IMG/VR virus record: IMGVR_UViG_3300042360_000358 | Span: 1-25,754 of that record | Reading direction: 5' to 3' (one strand) | DNA from: a virus | Taxonomy: Duplodnaviria > Caudoviricetes | DNA: 25,754 nt | Shown: positions 1 to 9,213 of the stretch, one piece after another | How positions within the stretch are numbered: position 1 is the first letter of the stretch | Layout: each line of letters opens with the position of its first letter | Notes under the pieces: model-generated | The model's input: only the letters and a program-made list of their open reading frames with translations | Databases searched by the model: none | What the model was told of the DNA's origin: nothing | Program-made: the position numbers and the translations under genes

Positions 1-896
1 TGGAGGGACGCGACGAGGCGGTCGCCCAGCTCGATAGGCTGCGGTCGTACACCGTTGCGCAGGCCAGTATAAACGCGCTCAATGAGGAGGCTGATCGTAT
101 ATCGCAGCAGCGTGCAAACTCCGAGACGTTGGTGAGCATCGCGCAGCGGAACGGCGCGACCACTGAGCTAGGGTCATTGCAGGCGCGTAGCGAGGCGCGC
201 GCGCGTGAGGTCGAGGAGCTACAGCGCATCTATGAGGTGCGGCTGAAAATCGCGCAAGAGTCCGGCAACCGTAAACTATTGCAGGACGCAGAAAATCTGC
301 GCGTGCGCATCGAGGAGCTTAGGGCGTCAACTGATTTATTGGGGCAGGCATTTGACAACATTTTTGTTGGCAGCGCCGCCGATGCGTTCGCGGCGTTTGT
401 GACTGGTGCAAAATCAGCAAAAGATGCGTTCAACGATTTTGTGGGGAGCGTCGTCTCACAAATCTCGCGATTGGCAGCGCAGGATATCGCGGGCTCGCTC
501 TTCAAGGGGTTGGGCGGTGGCGGTGGTGGTGGTGGATTGTTAAATTTATTCTCATCATTTTTTGGCGGTGGCGGCGGCTTCGGTGGGCAAACAGCCGGCG
601 GCATGTTTACACTACCCGGCGAGGGGTACGCCAAGGGCGGCGCGTTTACAAATGGCGTTGTAGACACCACAACATTTTTTAATCCGGCGATGATGGGCGA
701 GGCGGGGCCCGAGGCTATAATGCCGCTGGCGCGAGATAGCAGCGGGCGGCTGGGCGTGCGTGGCAACAGCGGCGGCGCTAATGTCAACATCACGTTTAAC
801 ATTTCAACCCCGGACGCCAATAGCTTCCGCGCCTCAGAGAGTCAAATTTCTGCGCGCATGCACGCGGCTGTAGTCGCCGGGATGAGAAATAGATAA
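1..896 (+). CDS. Tail tape measure protein, C-terminal part (5' truncated)
   Basis: Frame open from position 3 to TAA 894-896. Ala/Gln/Glu helical region, Gly-rich linker, then the lambda-type TMP C-terminal motif YAKGGAF...MGEAGPEAIMPL.R...GRLGV; sits directly before the tail-tip genes. Confidence 0.9.
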   Translation, partial: EGRDEAVAQLDRLRSYTVAQASINALNEEADRISQQRANSETLVSIAQRNGATTELGSLQARSEARAREVEELQRIYEVRLKIAQESGNRKLLQDAENLRVRIEELRASTDLLGQAFDNIFVGSAADAFAAFVTGAKSAKDAFNDFVGSVVSQISRLAAQDIAGSLFKGLGGGGGGGGLLNLFSSFFGGGGGFGGQTAGGMFTLPGEGYAKGGAFTNGVVDTTTFFNPAMMGEAGPEAIMPLARDSSGRLGVRGNSGGANVNITFNISTPDANSFRASESQISARMHAAVVAGMRNR

Positions 897-1474
897 TGTT
901 TTTAGAGACGCCACGATTTCCGGATGACGTGACCTATGAGTTTGAGGGCGGCCCCGCGTTTTCGACCGAGGTCGTTATTAACGCGGGCGGGTACGAGTCG
1001 AGAAATCAAAATTGGGCACAGGCGCGAAGGTCGTGGCGCTGCAATCACGCGCCCAAAGACCGTGCGCTGACCGACGTGTTGACGGCGTTTTTCCACGTCA
1101 CCAATGGCAAGGCACACGGATTCCGGTTTAGAGACTGGACAGACTACGAGGCTACGGCATCGCAGGGCGTTTTTGTAGCAATCAACGCCACTACATACCA
1201 AATGCATAAACGCTATGGCGCGGGCGCGTTTTCGCATGATCGAAAAATCGTCAAACCCGTCTTAGGCACGATCACAGTCACAGGTGGCAGCGGCGTCAGC
1301 ATCAATCACGCGACTGGCATTGTCACGGTGTCGAGCGGAGCACCTACGGCATGGGCTGGCGAGTTTGATACTCCGGCGCGTTTTGATTCTGACGAGATGC
1401 GATTGCAGGTCGTACAGACGTCGCCGCGCCGATATGTGTGGGGTGACATCAGCTTAACGGAGATCAGAGCTTGA
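896..1474 (+). CDS. Distal tail protein, DUF2460/TIGR02217 (GTA-like)
   Basis: FLETPRFP...GGPAFSTEV...GYESRNQNW...GFRFRDWTDY...GEFDTPARFDSD motifs; position after tape measure. Confidence 0.88.
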   Translation: MFLETPRFPDDVTYEFEGGPAFSTEVVINAGGYESRNQNWAQARRSWRCNHAPKDRALTDVLTAFFHVTNGKAHGFRFRDWTDYEATASQGVFVAINATTYQMHKRYGAGAFSHDRKIVKPVLGTITVTGGSGVSINHATGIVTVSSGAPTAWAGEFDTPARFDSDEMRLQVVQTSPRRYVWGDISLTEIRA

Positions 1475-2340
1475 AGGCCGTTTCTGAGGCGCTTAAGGAG
1501 CATCTTGCGAGCGAGACCACAACGCTCGCGACATGCTGGCTGGCCACGTTGCAAAATGGCACGGTCTACGGGTTCACGTCGCATTCGTCCGATATTGTTT
1601 TTGGCAATCGCACATACGCCGCAGCGACAGGCATAACGCCGTCCGCGATTGCATCAAACGCGGATTTGGCAGTTGACAATCTCGACGTCGACGGCATGCT
1701 TGACGCGTCTGTGATTACCGAGGCAGACATCGCCGCTGGCTTGTGGGATTACGCGGCGATAGAGATTTTTATGGTCAACTGGTCTGACCTATCTATGGGT
1801 CAAATCAAAATGCGCTCGGGCAGATTGGGCGAGGTGAAAACAGGGCGAGTGGCCTACACCGCAGAGCTGCGCGGTTTGGCTCAAAACCTACAGCAGGTCG
1901 TAGGTGAGCTGTACTCACCGACGTGCAGGGCATCGCTCGGCGATGCCCGGTGCAAGGTCTCGTTGGCCGCGTACACACACAGCGGCACGGTCGCCAGCGT
2001 CCTGACTCAAGAAAGTTTTTCGGCGGCCCTCACGCTGCCGGATGACTACTGCACAAACGGGCGCGTGACGTTTTTGAGCGGCCAAAACAGCGGACTGGCC
2101 ATGGAGGTCATTGCATACTCGCGTGGCGTTTTTACTCTCGCGCTCCCAATGCCGTACACAATCGCAGTGGGTGACACGTTTACAGCAATCGCCGGATGTC
2201 AAAAACAATTTTTACGCGACTGTGTTGGAAAATTTGCCAATGCGATCAATTTCCGCGGCGAGCCATACCTGCCCGGCAATGATGTGATGACGGCGAGCGG
2301 GTACAACAACGCGGCCCCGAGCGAGGAGCCGCAGACGTGA
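1471..2340 (+). CDS. Baseplate hub protein, DUF2163/BR0599 (TIGR02218)
   Basis: TTTLATCW...GFTSH, ELRGL...CRASLGDARC and C-terminal AGC.K....C..KF.NA.NFRGEPYLPG Cys motifs; TTG start overlaps the upstream stop. Confidence 0.9.
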   Translation: MKAVSEALKEHLASETTTLATCWLATLQNGTVYGFTSHSSDIVFGNRTYAAATGITPSAIASNADLAVDNLDVDGMLDASVITEADIAAGLWDYAAIEIFMVNWSDLSMGQIKMRSGRLGEVKTGRVAYTAELRGLAQNLQQVVGELYSPTCRASLGDARCKVSLAAYTHSGTVASVLTQESFSAALTLPDDYCTNGRVTFLSGQNSGLAMEVIAYSRGVFTLALPMPYTIAVGDTFTAIAGCQKQFLRDCVGKFANAINFRGEPYLPGNDVMTASGYNNAAPSEEPQT

Positions 2341-2768
2341 TTAAACGCGCTCAGGTGGCCGCAGAGGCTAGGACGTGGCTTGGTACACCATGGCAGCATC
2401 AAGCGCGACTCAAAGGCGTTGGGTGCGATTGTGTGGGCCTTGTTATTGGCGTTGCTCGCGACCTTGGCGTTGTAGATGCGGATTTTAATGTTGACGGGTA
2501 CAATCGCATACCCGACGGCGTCACGTTGATGACGCAGTGCCACGCGCACATGGCGCGGATTGACGCGGCATCTATTGATGTAGGCGACGTTTTGTTGATG
2601 CGATTTAATGGGGATCCGCAGCATCTCGCCATTGTTGGCGACTACGCGCATGGCGGCCTGTCAATAATCCACGCCTACGCGCTCTCGCGCCGCGTGGTCG
2701 AGCACGCCCTCAGTGATCAGTGGCGGCAGCACGTTGTTTGTGCCTATAAATTGCCGGGAGTCGAATAA
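2337..2768 (+). CDS. NlpC/P60 family tail-associated peptidase (TIGR02219-like)
   Basis: ARTWLGTPWQHQ...GCDCVGL (catalytic Cys), QHLAI (His), IIHAY. Confidence 0.92.
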   Translation: MIKRAQVAAEARTWLGTPWQHQARLKGVGCDCVGLVIGVARDLGVVDADFNVDGYNRIPDGVTLMTQCHAHMARIDAASIDVGDVLLMRFNGDPQHLAIVGDYAHGGLSIIHAYALSRRVVEHALSDQWRQHVVCAYKLPGVE

Positions 2769-5700
2769 TGGCGCGGCTGGTATTAGGGGCGGTTGGAGCT
2801 GGCATTGGCGGGTTTATGGGCGGCTCGATTGGTGCATCTATTGGCTGGTCGGTTGGCGCAGCTCTAGGCGGTCTAGTTGACCCGCCGGACGCGATTAAAC
2901 AACAAGGCCCCCGCTTAGGCGACCTAAAATTACAAGCGTCCAGCTACGGCGCGCCAATCCCCGTCGTCTACGGCGCGGTGCGGGTAGCTGGCAACGTGAT
3001 ATGGGCGTCAGAAATACGCGAGACGGCCACGACAACTAGCGAGGGCGGCAAAGGCGGCCCGGAGGTAGAGACGACGACCTATACCTATGCGGTCGATGTG
3101 GCGATCAGCATAGGCGAGGGCGAGCTGGTCGGCGTTAGTCGTATGTGGGCCAATAACCAACTGGTCGCCAATTTCTCGACGACGAACACAGACATCGCGG
3201 AATCCGTCGTTTTTTATTCGGGGACAGAGACGCAGCTGCCCGACCCAACGATGGAGGCTGCATTAGGTGTTGGTCGCGTCCCTGCTTATAGGGGGCAGGC
3301 CTACATCGTGTTCGAAAATTTACAGCTTGCCGATTACGGCAATCGCGTCCCGAATTTTGAATTTGAGATAGGCGCTGGCGAGTTGACCGAGGGGGAGCCG
3401 CCGATAATCGTCGACACCGGCCTGCCAGCCCGCGACTACCAAAATTTTAATACTATCGATGCTTACGATTGTTTGTGGGTGTCGCAGCCGGACTTAGAGA
3501 CGCTTGTACGCTATGACTTAAAAACAAAAAAAACGCTTGTCACACGCCTTCTTGTCCCGTCCATTAAACCAAACGGCTACCCGCCAATAGACCTATTAAG
3601 GCCATACGCCATGGCCGATGACGGCTCGCTTTTTTGCACCCGAGCGCAGTTTGCTGGCGCTTGTTATTTATCGCCAACGGGCAGCGAGAGTGACGCGGGC
3701 GCGGAAATTTGGGTGCCAAAAAGTGGTGTTTACCCCGGCTATCATCAGCCTCAGTTCGGCGTCGCCGAGCTATTCGCAACACCCGGCGGGTTAGGTGTGC
3801 TCAAATTTGGCGAGCGCGAAAACACCGTTTTGGCCGTAGGCTCGCACTATTATGGCGGCTACGGCGTGCGCCATTATAGAGATGGGCTTTTAGCTAAAGA
3901 TACGGAATACGAAGACTTTGTTATCCCGGATCAAATGGGCAGCAGCGTCCGGCGCGGCAACACCACAGTCCCGTATCCGTGGCCGTCCAATAATTACACA
4001 TACAGCATGCTCCCGCCGCACTGGCACAACGGGATTGTATTTAATCAAGCCTCGCCTTTTGTTAATGCCCCTCAGTCTGGCCGGAGAATAAAAATTGAGG
4101 GTGTCGAGACGGTCGCGCTGATCCGCTCTACAACTTATGACGGGTATCGCGCCGGCCCCTATAATCGCGTTGTTTTGGCTACCGTATCCGACGGCGGGCT
4201 GAACGCACTACTCACAAACATGGATGTCGCCGCGTGCGATGCGGTGCAGGTCGATCCCAATGGCACGATCTACCTAATTTCGTCATCCGCTGCCAAAATT
4301 TATAAATACGCCCAACAACCCGGCGGCCAAGGGCTAAATTTTGTTTTGGCCGCTACGCTCAATATCGCATCCCTCCCGTCGTTTAATTCGGCGAGTGCCC
4401 GCATCCCGTCAAGCGGCGGAATAATGGTGGCGTTCTATGGCGCGCTGTACTCGGCTCGTGTAGCGTTTATCAATCTCCAAACGATGATGATTGTCAAAAC
4501 CGCGCCGACGCCGAGTTTTTTTCAGCCGGTGATGCTGGACAACCACAAATCCAGCCAAATCGTGGCTTGTATTGACGCATTTAGCCAGCGGATTTATACA
4601 ATTGACTACAGACGAGCGACCAATTCGGGGGAGGGCGTTTTTATCCCCTCCACTTTTAGCGTGCCGCTGGCCGACATCGTTGAGGATTTGTGCGAGCGAT
4701 CAGGATTGAGCGCGTCACAAATCGACGCGACGGCGCTGGAGCCATACACCGTGCGAGGGTATGCACTCTCGCGTCAGGCATCGGCGCGGGCGAATATAGC
4801 TCAGTTGCAACAAGCATATTTTTTTGATGCAGTTGAGTCCGACCACAAAATCAAATTTGTCCCGCGCACGCAGCAGCCTGCCGTGACGATTGATGCTGAC
4901 GAGTTAGGCGCGTATGCCGCAGGCGGCCAGCCTACTGAATTGCTGGAGGTGCGGCGCGGGCAGGAGGTCGAGCTACCGTCGCGGGTCAGCGTGACGTACC
5001 CTGATCAAAATTTTGACTACCAGCTCAAAACACAAAACGCGCAACGATTGTTGACCGCATCGGTAGTCGAGTCCGCCGAGGCATTGGCGGTGGTGCTATC
5101 AGCGGACGAGGCGCGTAGCATCGCCAATCGCGCATTATATTTTGCCCACATCGAGCGCACCAGATTTGCGTTTGGGACGAGTAAAAAATACCTATACCTA
5201 GAGCCTACCGACGTCGTGACAATCAACGGCCCTAACAAATCGTACATCGCTCGACTACAAACCGCCTCAACATCCGGCGGCCTGATACAGTGGGAGGCGA
5301 TTGCAGCGACTGGCACCGGTGCGGCGATTAACGCACCCGTGATTATTAGCCCACTCAGTGCGGGCGCGGTGGCAGGGGTGGCGTTTAGCTACACAATTTT
5401 GGCGACCAACACGCCGACATCGTACAGTGCGACCGGACTGCCTGCTGGCCTGACTCTAAACACGTCAACAGGCGCGATTACAGGCACCGTGGCGGCATCC
5501 GGGACGGCGGTGGCTACTATCACTGCCACCAACGCCTCCGGGAGCGGCAAATCGCCGTTAACGATTACCACGACGGCATCCGCCGTCGCACCAACAATTA
5601 CGAGCGCGGCGACCATCAACGCCAAGGTCGCGGCGCTGGTTAATGCGTTTTTGAGCGCGACAGGGACATCGCCTATTGTGTGGGCTGTCACGAGTGGCCA

Positions 5701-6823
5701 ACTGCCGGCAGGTCTGTCCCTCAATGCCTCAACTGGTGCCATTACAGGGACGCCGACGACTGAGGGGACGGCATCATTTACCGTTCGCGCGACCAACGGG
5801 ACTGCGCCTAACGCGACATTGGCAATGACCGCCATTGTGCAGGCCTCAGGTCAGTCCCCTATTGATGTCGTTGTGCCCGGCGCGACCTACGCACAATATC
5901 TCGATATTCCGCTCCTACGCGACAAGGACGACGGCGCGGGATTTTATGTGGCGCTGACGGCAGCGGCAGCCCCGTGGTCAGGGGCGACCGTGCTGCAATC
6001 GGCGGACGGCCTGTCATACACGTCGCTCGCTTCGGCGTTTTCGAGCGCGGCTTCAGGGTTTGCCACGACCCAGCTAGGCGCTGGATTCAACACCAACATG
6101 ATTGACGAGGCGAGCTCGGTCACGGTCTACATCAATGGCGGCGGCACGCTCGCATCAATCACGACCGACGAGCTGCTCAATGGCGGCAACGCATGCGCCA
6201 TTGGCGGCGAGATTTTGTGTTTTGGCACTGCCACCCTTGTGGCGGCTCAAACATACCGCCTAAGCCGCTTTATACGCGGTTTGTTTGGCACTGAGGCAGC
6301 ACAGGCTACGCATCCCGGCGGCGATGCGTTTGTGATGCTCAATGGCGGCGGCGTGGTGCGCGTTGCTGGCACGACTGCGCAGATTGGTCAGCCGCTGCAA
6401 TACAAATCCATCACCAACGGCCAAAAATTAAACACGGCGGCGGCAGTACCGTTTACAAATTTTGCCGCCGGACTCAAGCCACTGCCTCCGGTTTTGGTCA
6501 ACGCGAGCAAACAACCTAACGGGGATTTTATAATCCGGTGGACGCGGCGCGGGCGCATTGATGCGGCGTGGCGGTCTACGGTTGATGTGCCACTAGGTGA
6601 GACGGTCGAGGAGTATGATCTAGAGCTATACCCGCTCCAGCAATCTGGTTTTTATGTTCTTAAACGCACGGTGCGAGTCACAGCGCCGACGTACATCTAT
6701 ACGCTGGCGCAGCAGGTGGCAGATGCAGGCAGCGGCATCGCGGCAGGCGCGCTTAGTCATCGCGTCTATCAAATATCGAGCGTGGTCGGTCGCGGCTTTG
6801 GCTCGCCTATTGCAAACACGTAG
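2768..6823 (+). CDS. Megatron-like central tail/host-specificity protein with variable central region and two putative Ig (He_PIG-like) domains
   Basis: N-terminal GPRLGDLKLQASSYGAPIPVVYG.VRVAGNVIWA and PAYRG.AY.VFENLQLADYGNR.P motifs; C-terminal WTRRGR...DVPLGE..E.Y motif as in GTA-type tail proteins; Ig-like repeats ATGLPAGLTLNTSTGAITGT and GQLPAGLSLNASTGAITGTP at about 5333-5840. Confidence 0.85.
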   Translation: MARLVLGAVGAGIGGFMGGSIGASIGWSVGAALGGLVDPPDAIKQQGPRLGDLKLQASSYGAPIPVVYGAVRVAGNVIWASEIRETATTTSEGGKGGPEVETTTYTYAVDVAISIGEGELVGVSRMWANNQLVANFSTTNTDIAESVVFYSGTETQLPDPTMEAALGVGRVPAYRGQAYIVFENLQLADYGNRVPNFEFEIGAGELTEGEPPIIVDTGLPARDYQNFNTIDAYDCLWVSQPDLETLVRYDLKTKKTLVTRLLVPSIKPNGYPPIDLLRPYAMADDGSLFCTRAQFAGACYLSPTGSESDAGAEIWVPKSGVYPGYHQPQFGVAELFATPGGLGVLKFGERENTVLAVGSHYYGGYGVRHYRDGLLAKDTEYEDFVIPDQMGSSVRRGNTTVPYPWPSNNYTYSMLPPHWHNGIVFNQASPFVNAPQSGRRIKIEGVETVALIRSTTYDGYRAGPYNRVVLATVSDGGLNALLTNMDVAACDAVQVDPNGTIYLISSSAAKIYKYAQQPGGQGLNFVLAATLNIASLPSFNSASARIPSSGGIMVAFYGALYSARVAFINLQTMMIVKTAPTPSFFQPVMLDNHKSSQIVACIDAFSQRIYTIDYRRATNSGEGVFIPSTFSVPLADIVEDLCERSGLSASQIDATALEPYTVRGYALSRQASARANIAQLQQAYFFDAVESDHKIKFVPRTQQPAVTIDADELGAYAAGGQPTELLEVRRGQEVELPSRVSVTYPDQNFDYQLKTQNAQRLLTASVVESAEALAVVLSADEARSIANRALYFAHIERTRFAFGTSKKYLYLEPTDVVTINGPNKSYIARLQTASTSGGLIQWEAIAATGTGAAINAPVIISPLSAGAVAGVAFSYTILATNTPTSYSATGLPAGLTLNTSTGAITGTVAASGTAVATITATNASGSGKSPLTITTTASAVAPTITSAATINAKVAALVNAFLSATGTSPIVWAVTSGQLPAGLSLNASTGAITGTPTTEGTASFTVRATNGTAPNATLAMTAIVQASGQSPIDVVVPGATYAQYLDIPLLRDKDDGAGFYVALTAAAAPWSGATVLQSADGLSYTSLASAFSSAASGFATTQLGAGFNTNMIDEASSVTVYINGGGTLASITTDELLNGGNACAIGGEILCFGTATLVAAQTYRLSRFIRGLFGTEAAQATHPGGDAFVMLNGGGVVRVAGTTAQIGQPLQYKSITNGQKLNTAAAVPFTNFAAGLKPLPPVLVNASKQPNGDFIIRWTRRGRIDAAWRSTVDVPLGETVEEYDLELYPLQQSGFYVLKRTVRVTAPTYIYTLAQQVADAGSGIAAGALSHRVYQISSVVGRGFGSPIANT

Positions 6824-6834
6824 AGGATAAAAAA

Positions 6835-7485
6835 ATGGCAGACAGTACAAGCAACATGCCGCAGATGTCGAGTTTCCAGGCGGCCAAAGAAGTCACGTTT
6901 AATTCGGTCGTCGACGCGCTCTCGCCTGCCTCGATTTTTGGGCGCAATTTTGCAACAAGCTCCGGTCTCGTGTGGGGATTTTTAGGGGGACGGATTGAGG
7001 TCGATGCGGTGCCAACGCTCATAGCTAATGGCACTCTCACGCTCACGGCATCGACCACCTGCTACATCGAGGCGACGAGGGCGGGCGTGGTCTCATGCAA
7101 CACGACGGCATTCACGCCGGGCCGAGTCCCTCTCTATGTTGTTGTGACTGGCTCGGCCAGCGTCACGAGCTGGCAGGACGTGCGGCAGCCGGGCGCGGCG
7201 GTGTGCAACCGCGCAGTCGTCAACATCAACAACGCCAACGTGACTCTCACAGCGGCGCAGGCGCGGTGCCAAATCATCGAGGTCACAGGCACACTCAACT
7301 CGTCCCATCGCTCAATTATTGTGCCGCTGGCATTGCAACAGTGGACAATTTTTGCAAACACGACCGGAGGCGTTGGCGTCAACATCATCGGCGCGACTGG
7401 CACCGGTGTCACGGTGGCAGACGGTCATCGCGCCATCGTTTATAGTGACGGGACAAATGTTGTTCGCGCAACGGCTGATGTATAG
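6835..7485 (+). CDS. Small tail fibre/tail-associated protein (N-terminus DUF2793-like)
   Basis: Q.AKEVTFN...DAL N-terminal motif typical of the gene after GTA-type megatrons; beta-rich C-terminus ending VYSDGTNVV; RBS GAGGA. Confidence 0.65.
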   Translation: MADSTSNMPQMSSFQAAKEVTFNSVVDALSPASIFGRNFATSSGLVWGFLGGRIEVDAVPTLIANGTLTLTASTTCYIEATRAGVVSCNTTAFTPGRVPLYVVVTGSASVTSWQDVRQPGAAVCNRAVVNINNANVTLTAAQARCQIIEVTGTLNSSHRSIIVPLALQQWTIFANTTGGVGVNIIGATGTGVTVADGHRAIVYSDGTNVVRATADV

Positions 7486-7522
7486 TTATAATTGTTTGAG
7501 TTTTTTTTAATAGGGGACACAC

Positions 7523-7720
7523 ATGGACGGATTTTATTTAATTGCAATTTTGCTAATCACGATCATTATTTTGGCCGTGATTTTTTTTACTGATCGCGAA
7601 GACAAAAAAACTACGCTCAAAGGTGGCCCCGGCGAGGGCCCCGGCGGTCATCCGTTGAGCGGTCGTCAAAATAACATTACTCCCGGCGGCCCCGGCGAGG
7701 GCCCCGGAGGGCACCCTTGA
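7523..7720 (+). CDS. 65-aa membrane-anchored/secreted peptide with two GGPGEGPGGHP repeats
   Basis: RBS AGGGG; one hydrophobic helix (FYLIAILLITIIILAVIFF); two 11-aa repeats identical in protein with 5 synonymous codon differences, which supports real coding. Confidence 0.8.
   Translation: MDGFYLIAILLITIIILAVIFFTDREDKKTTLKGGPGEGPGGHPLSGRQNNITPGGPGEGPGGHP
7622..7717 (+). repeat. 33-bp imperfect direct repeat (7622-7654 and 7685-7717) encoding GGPGEGPGGHP
   Basis: ggtggccccggcgagggccccggcggtcatccg vs ggcggccccggcgagggccccggagggcaccct. Confidence 0.95.
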
Positions 7721-8112
7721 AAAGAGTCGCAGCCGCGCTTGCTATAGGCGCGGTTTTTTTTAATTTCTCGGCGGAATGGGCGCTGCCGGGATTCAGCCCG
7801 TACGCAACTTGGTACATCCAGCAGAGTATTTGGGTAGCCATTTTGTGTGTGGTGGTGCGTTTGCTCATTGACTCATACCCGCGATCCGCCGTGTGGGCGC
7901 TCGCGGCGACGGCGTGTTTTGTAGGCGCGTCTGAGGGGTTACAAAACGCGACATGCAGGCTGCTTGTCAACAATGGCAGCAGCATACCGCGTGGCACGAC
8001 CGTATGCGATTATGTGACTGGCCTACCCGTACAGGCCACGTCGGTCACGCTGTATTTATTTTTATTTTTGTGGAGCGTCTACAAATGCAGACCGACCCGC
8101 AGGATTTTATAA
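7717..8112 (+). CDS. Hypothetical integral membrane protein (about 4 TM)
   Basis: TTG start overlaps the peptide gene's TGA (TTGA); four hydrophobic stretches; loop with two Cys (ATCRLL...TVCD). Confidence 0.7.
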   Translation: MKRVAAALAIGAVFFNFSAEWALPGFSPYATWYIQQSIWVAILCVVVRLLIDSYPRSAVWALAATACFVGASEGLQNATCRLLVNNGSSIPRGTTVCDYVTGLPVQATSVTLYLFLFLWSVYKCRPTRRIL

Positions 8113-8471
8113 CCGTCGTCGTCGCCATATTGGCGCTGGTGACGAGTAAGGAACTGGCCGGGCTTGTCGGCCCATACGCCGGGATCGCGGCCTGCGCGTG
8201 TGCTGGCGCAGCCGTCTCTCTCTCCGGCAACGACGAGCCGATGACGGTGCCGCAGGCGCTTGGGTATGTGTTGCTGCGCGTCTTGCTCGCGACCATCCTC
8301 ACGGTAGGACTCGCTGAGCTATTGCAGCACGTCATACCGGCCATCAAACCGCGGTATTCGCTCATTCCTTTGGCGTTCGCCATTGGTTGGATTCGCGACT
8401 ACTCTAGCCTGCGTTCGTGGCTCGGCGACACCATACAAACCATAATCTCGCGCCGGGTGGATCGACCATGA
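8085..8471 (+). CDS. Membrane protein, holin/antiholin candidate (128 aa)
   Basis: ATG 8085 with GGAG RBS preferred over the track start 7953; 3-4 hydrophobic segments, basic C-terminus; lies in the lysis cassette. Confidence 0.6.
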   Translation: MQTDPQDFITVVVAILALVTSKELAGLVGPYAGIAACACAGAAVSLSGNDEPMTVPQALGYVLLRVLLATILTVGLAELLQHVIPAIKPRYSLIPLAFAIGWIRDYSSLRSWLGDTIQTIISRRVDRP

Positions 8472-8746
8472 CTCAGGAGCTGCTTACTGCAATCAATTTT
8501 TTTATATGCTCCCTCGGCGGATTTTGTTGTATTTGTCGGCTGCGGATTATGGGCGCGTCAACAAAAAAACCAATCCGATTTCAATACGCAATTTGGTTCG
8601 CGGTGTTTTTTTATTCCGCGTTTAGTTGGACGTATGGCGACCACCCAACCGGGATCCAGGTCGTGCTAGGCGCTGCTGTGCTCGCGCATATTTTGCTCGG
8701 CTTTAGCGCGTGGCGTGACGGCCTGCCAAAGTACGCAAAAAAATAG
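8468..8746 (+). CDS. Putative holin (3 TM, 92 aa)
   Basis: ATG 8468 overlaps the upstream stop (ATGA); three TM segments, basic tail WRDGLPKYAKK; immediately precedes the putative endolysin. Confidence 0.6.
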   Translation: MTQELLTAINFFICSLGGFCCICRLRIMGASTKKPIRFQYAIWFAVFFYSAFSWTYGDHPTGIQVVLGAAVLAHILLGFSAWRDGLPKYAKK

Positions 8747-8754
8747 GGGACGGA

Positions 8755-9213
8755 ATGGAATTAGAACTGAGACGCCGCCCGTCATCGGCGACCTGCGCCA
8801 TCGGAGAGTTGTTTGTAGACGGCAAATTCGAGTGCTACATACTAGAGGACGTGGTGCGAGAGATTGAGGGCGTTTCGGTCGCCGTTTGGAAAACGCACGG
8901 CGCGACGGCCATACCTGTAGGCACCTATCAAATCACCCTCACACAGTCCCCGCGTTTTAAGCGCGTTTTGCCATTGCTCAATCGCGTCCCCGGGTTTAGT
9001 GGCGTCCGAATCCACCCGGGCAACGATGCCGATGACACCGAGGGGTGTTTGCTGCCTGGCCTGACCGTTGACGACGACGGCGAGGGTGTCGCGTATTCTC
9101 GCGCCGCGTTTGATCGATTGTTTGACAAACTCGCGCGAGCGGACGCCATAGGTCAACCGATGTTTATCACAATCGAAAACAGTCACACGACCGACGACGA
9201 GGCTGTCGCGTGA
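8755..9213 (+). CDS. DUF5675 family protein, putative endolysin
   Basis: T/IGEL.VDGKFECY.LED...TAIP.GTY...LPLL..VPGFSGVRIHPGN...DTEGCLLPG motif; located between holin-like and spanin genes. Confidence 0.8.
   Translation: MELELRRRPSSATCAIGELFVDGKFECYILEDVVREIEGVSVAVWKTHGATAIPVGTYQITLTQSPRFKRVLPLLNRVPGFSGVRIHPGNDADDTEGCLLPGLTVDDDGEGVAYSRAAFDRLFDKLARADAIGQPMFITIENSHTTDDEAVA

Noticed and set aside
230-5835. Long antisense ORFs within tail genes (e.g. 230-820, 5389-5835)
   Set aside because: Typical GC-rich antisense shadows of well-supported plus-strand genes.
896-6823. Gene transfer agent cluster
   Set aside because: GTA-like tail genes are embedded with replication, HNH/cos packaging and early genes, which indicates a genuine phage.
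7523-7720. Lasso-peptide or other classical RiPP precursor
   Set aside because: Glu is at core position 5 rather than 7-9, the leader is a TM helix, and no cyclase, peptidase or modifying enzyme is adjacent.
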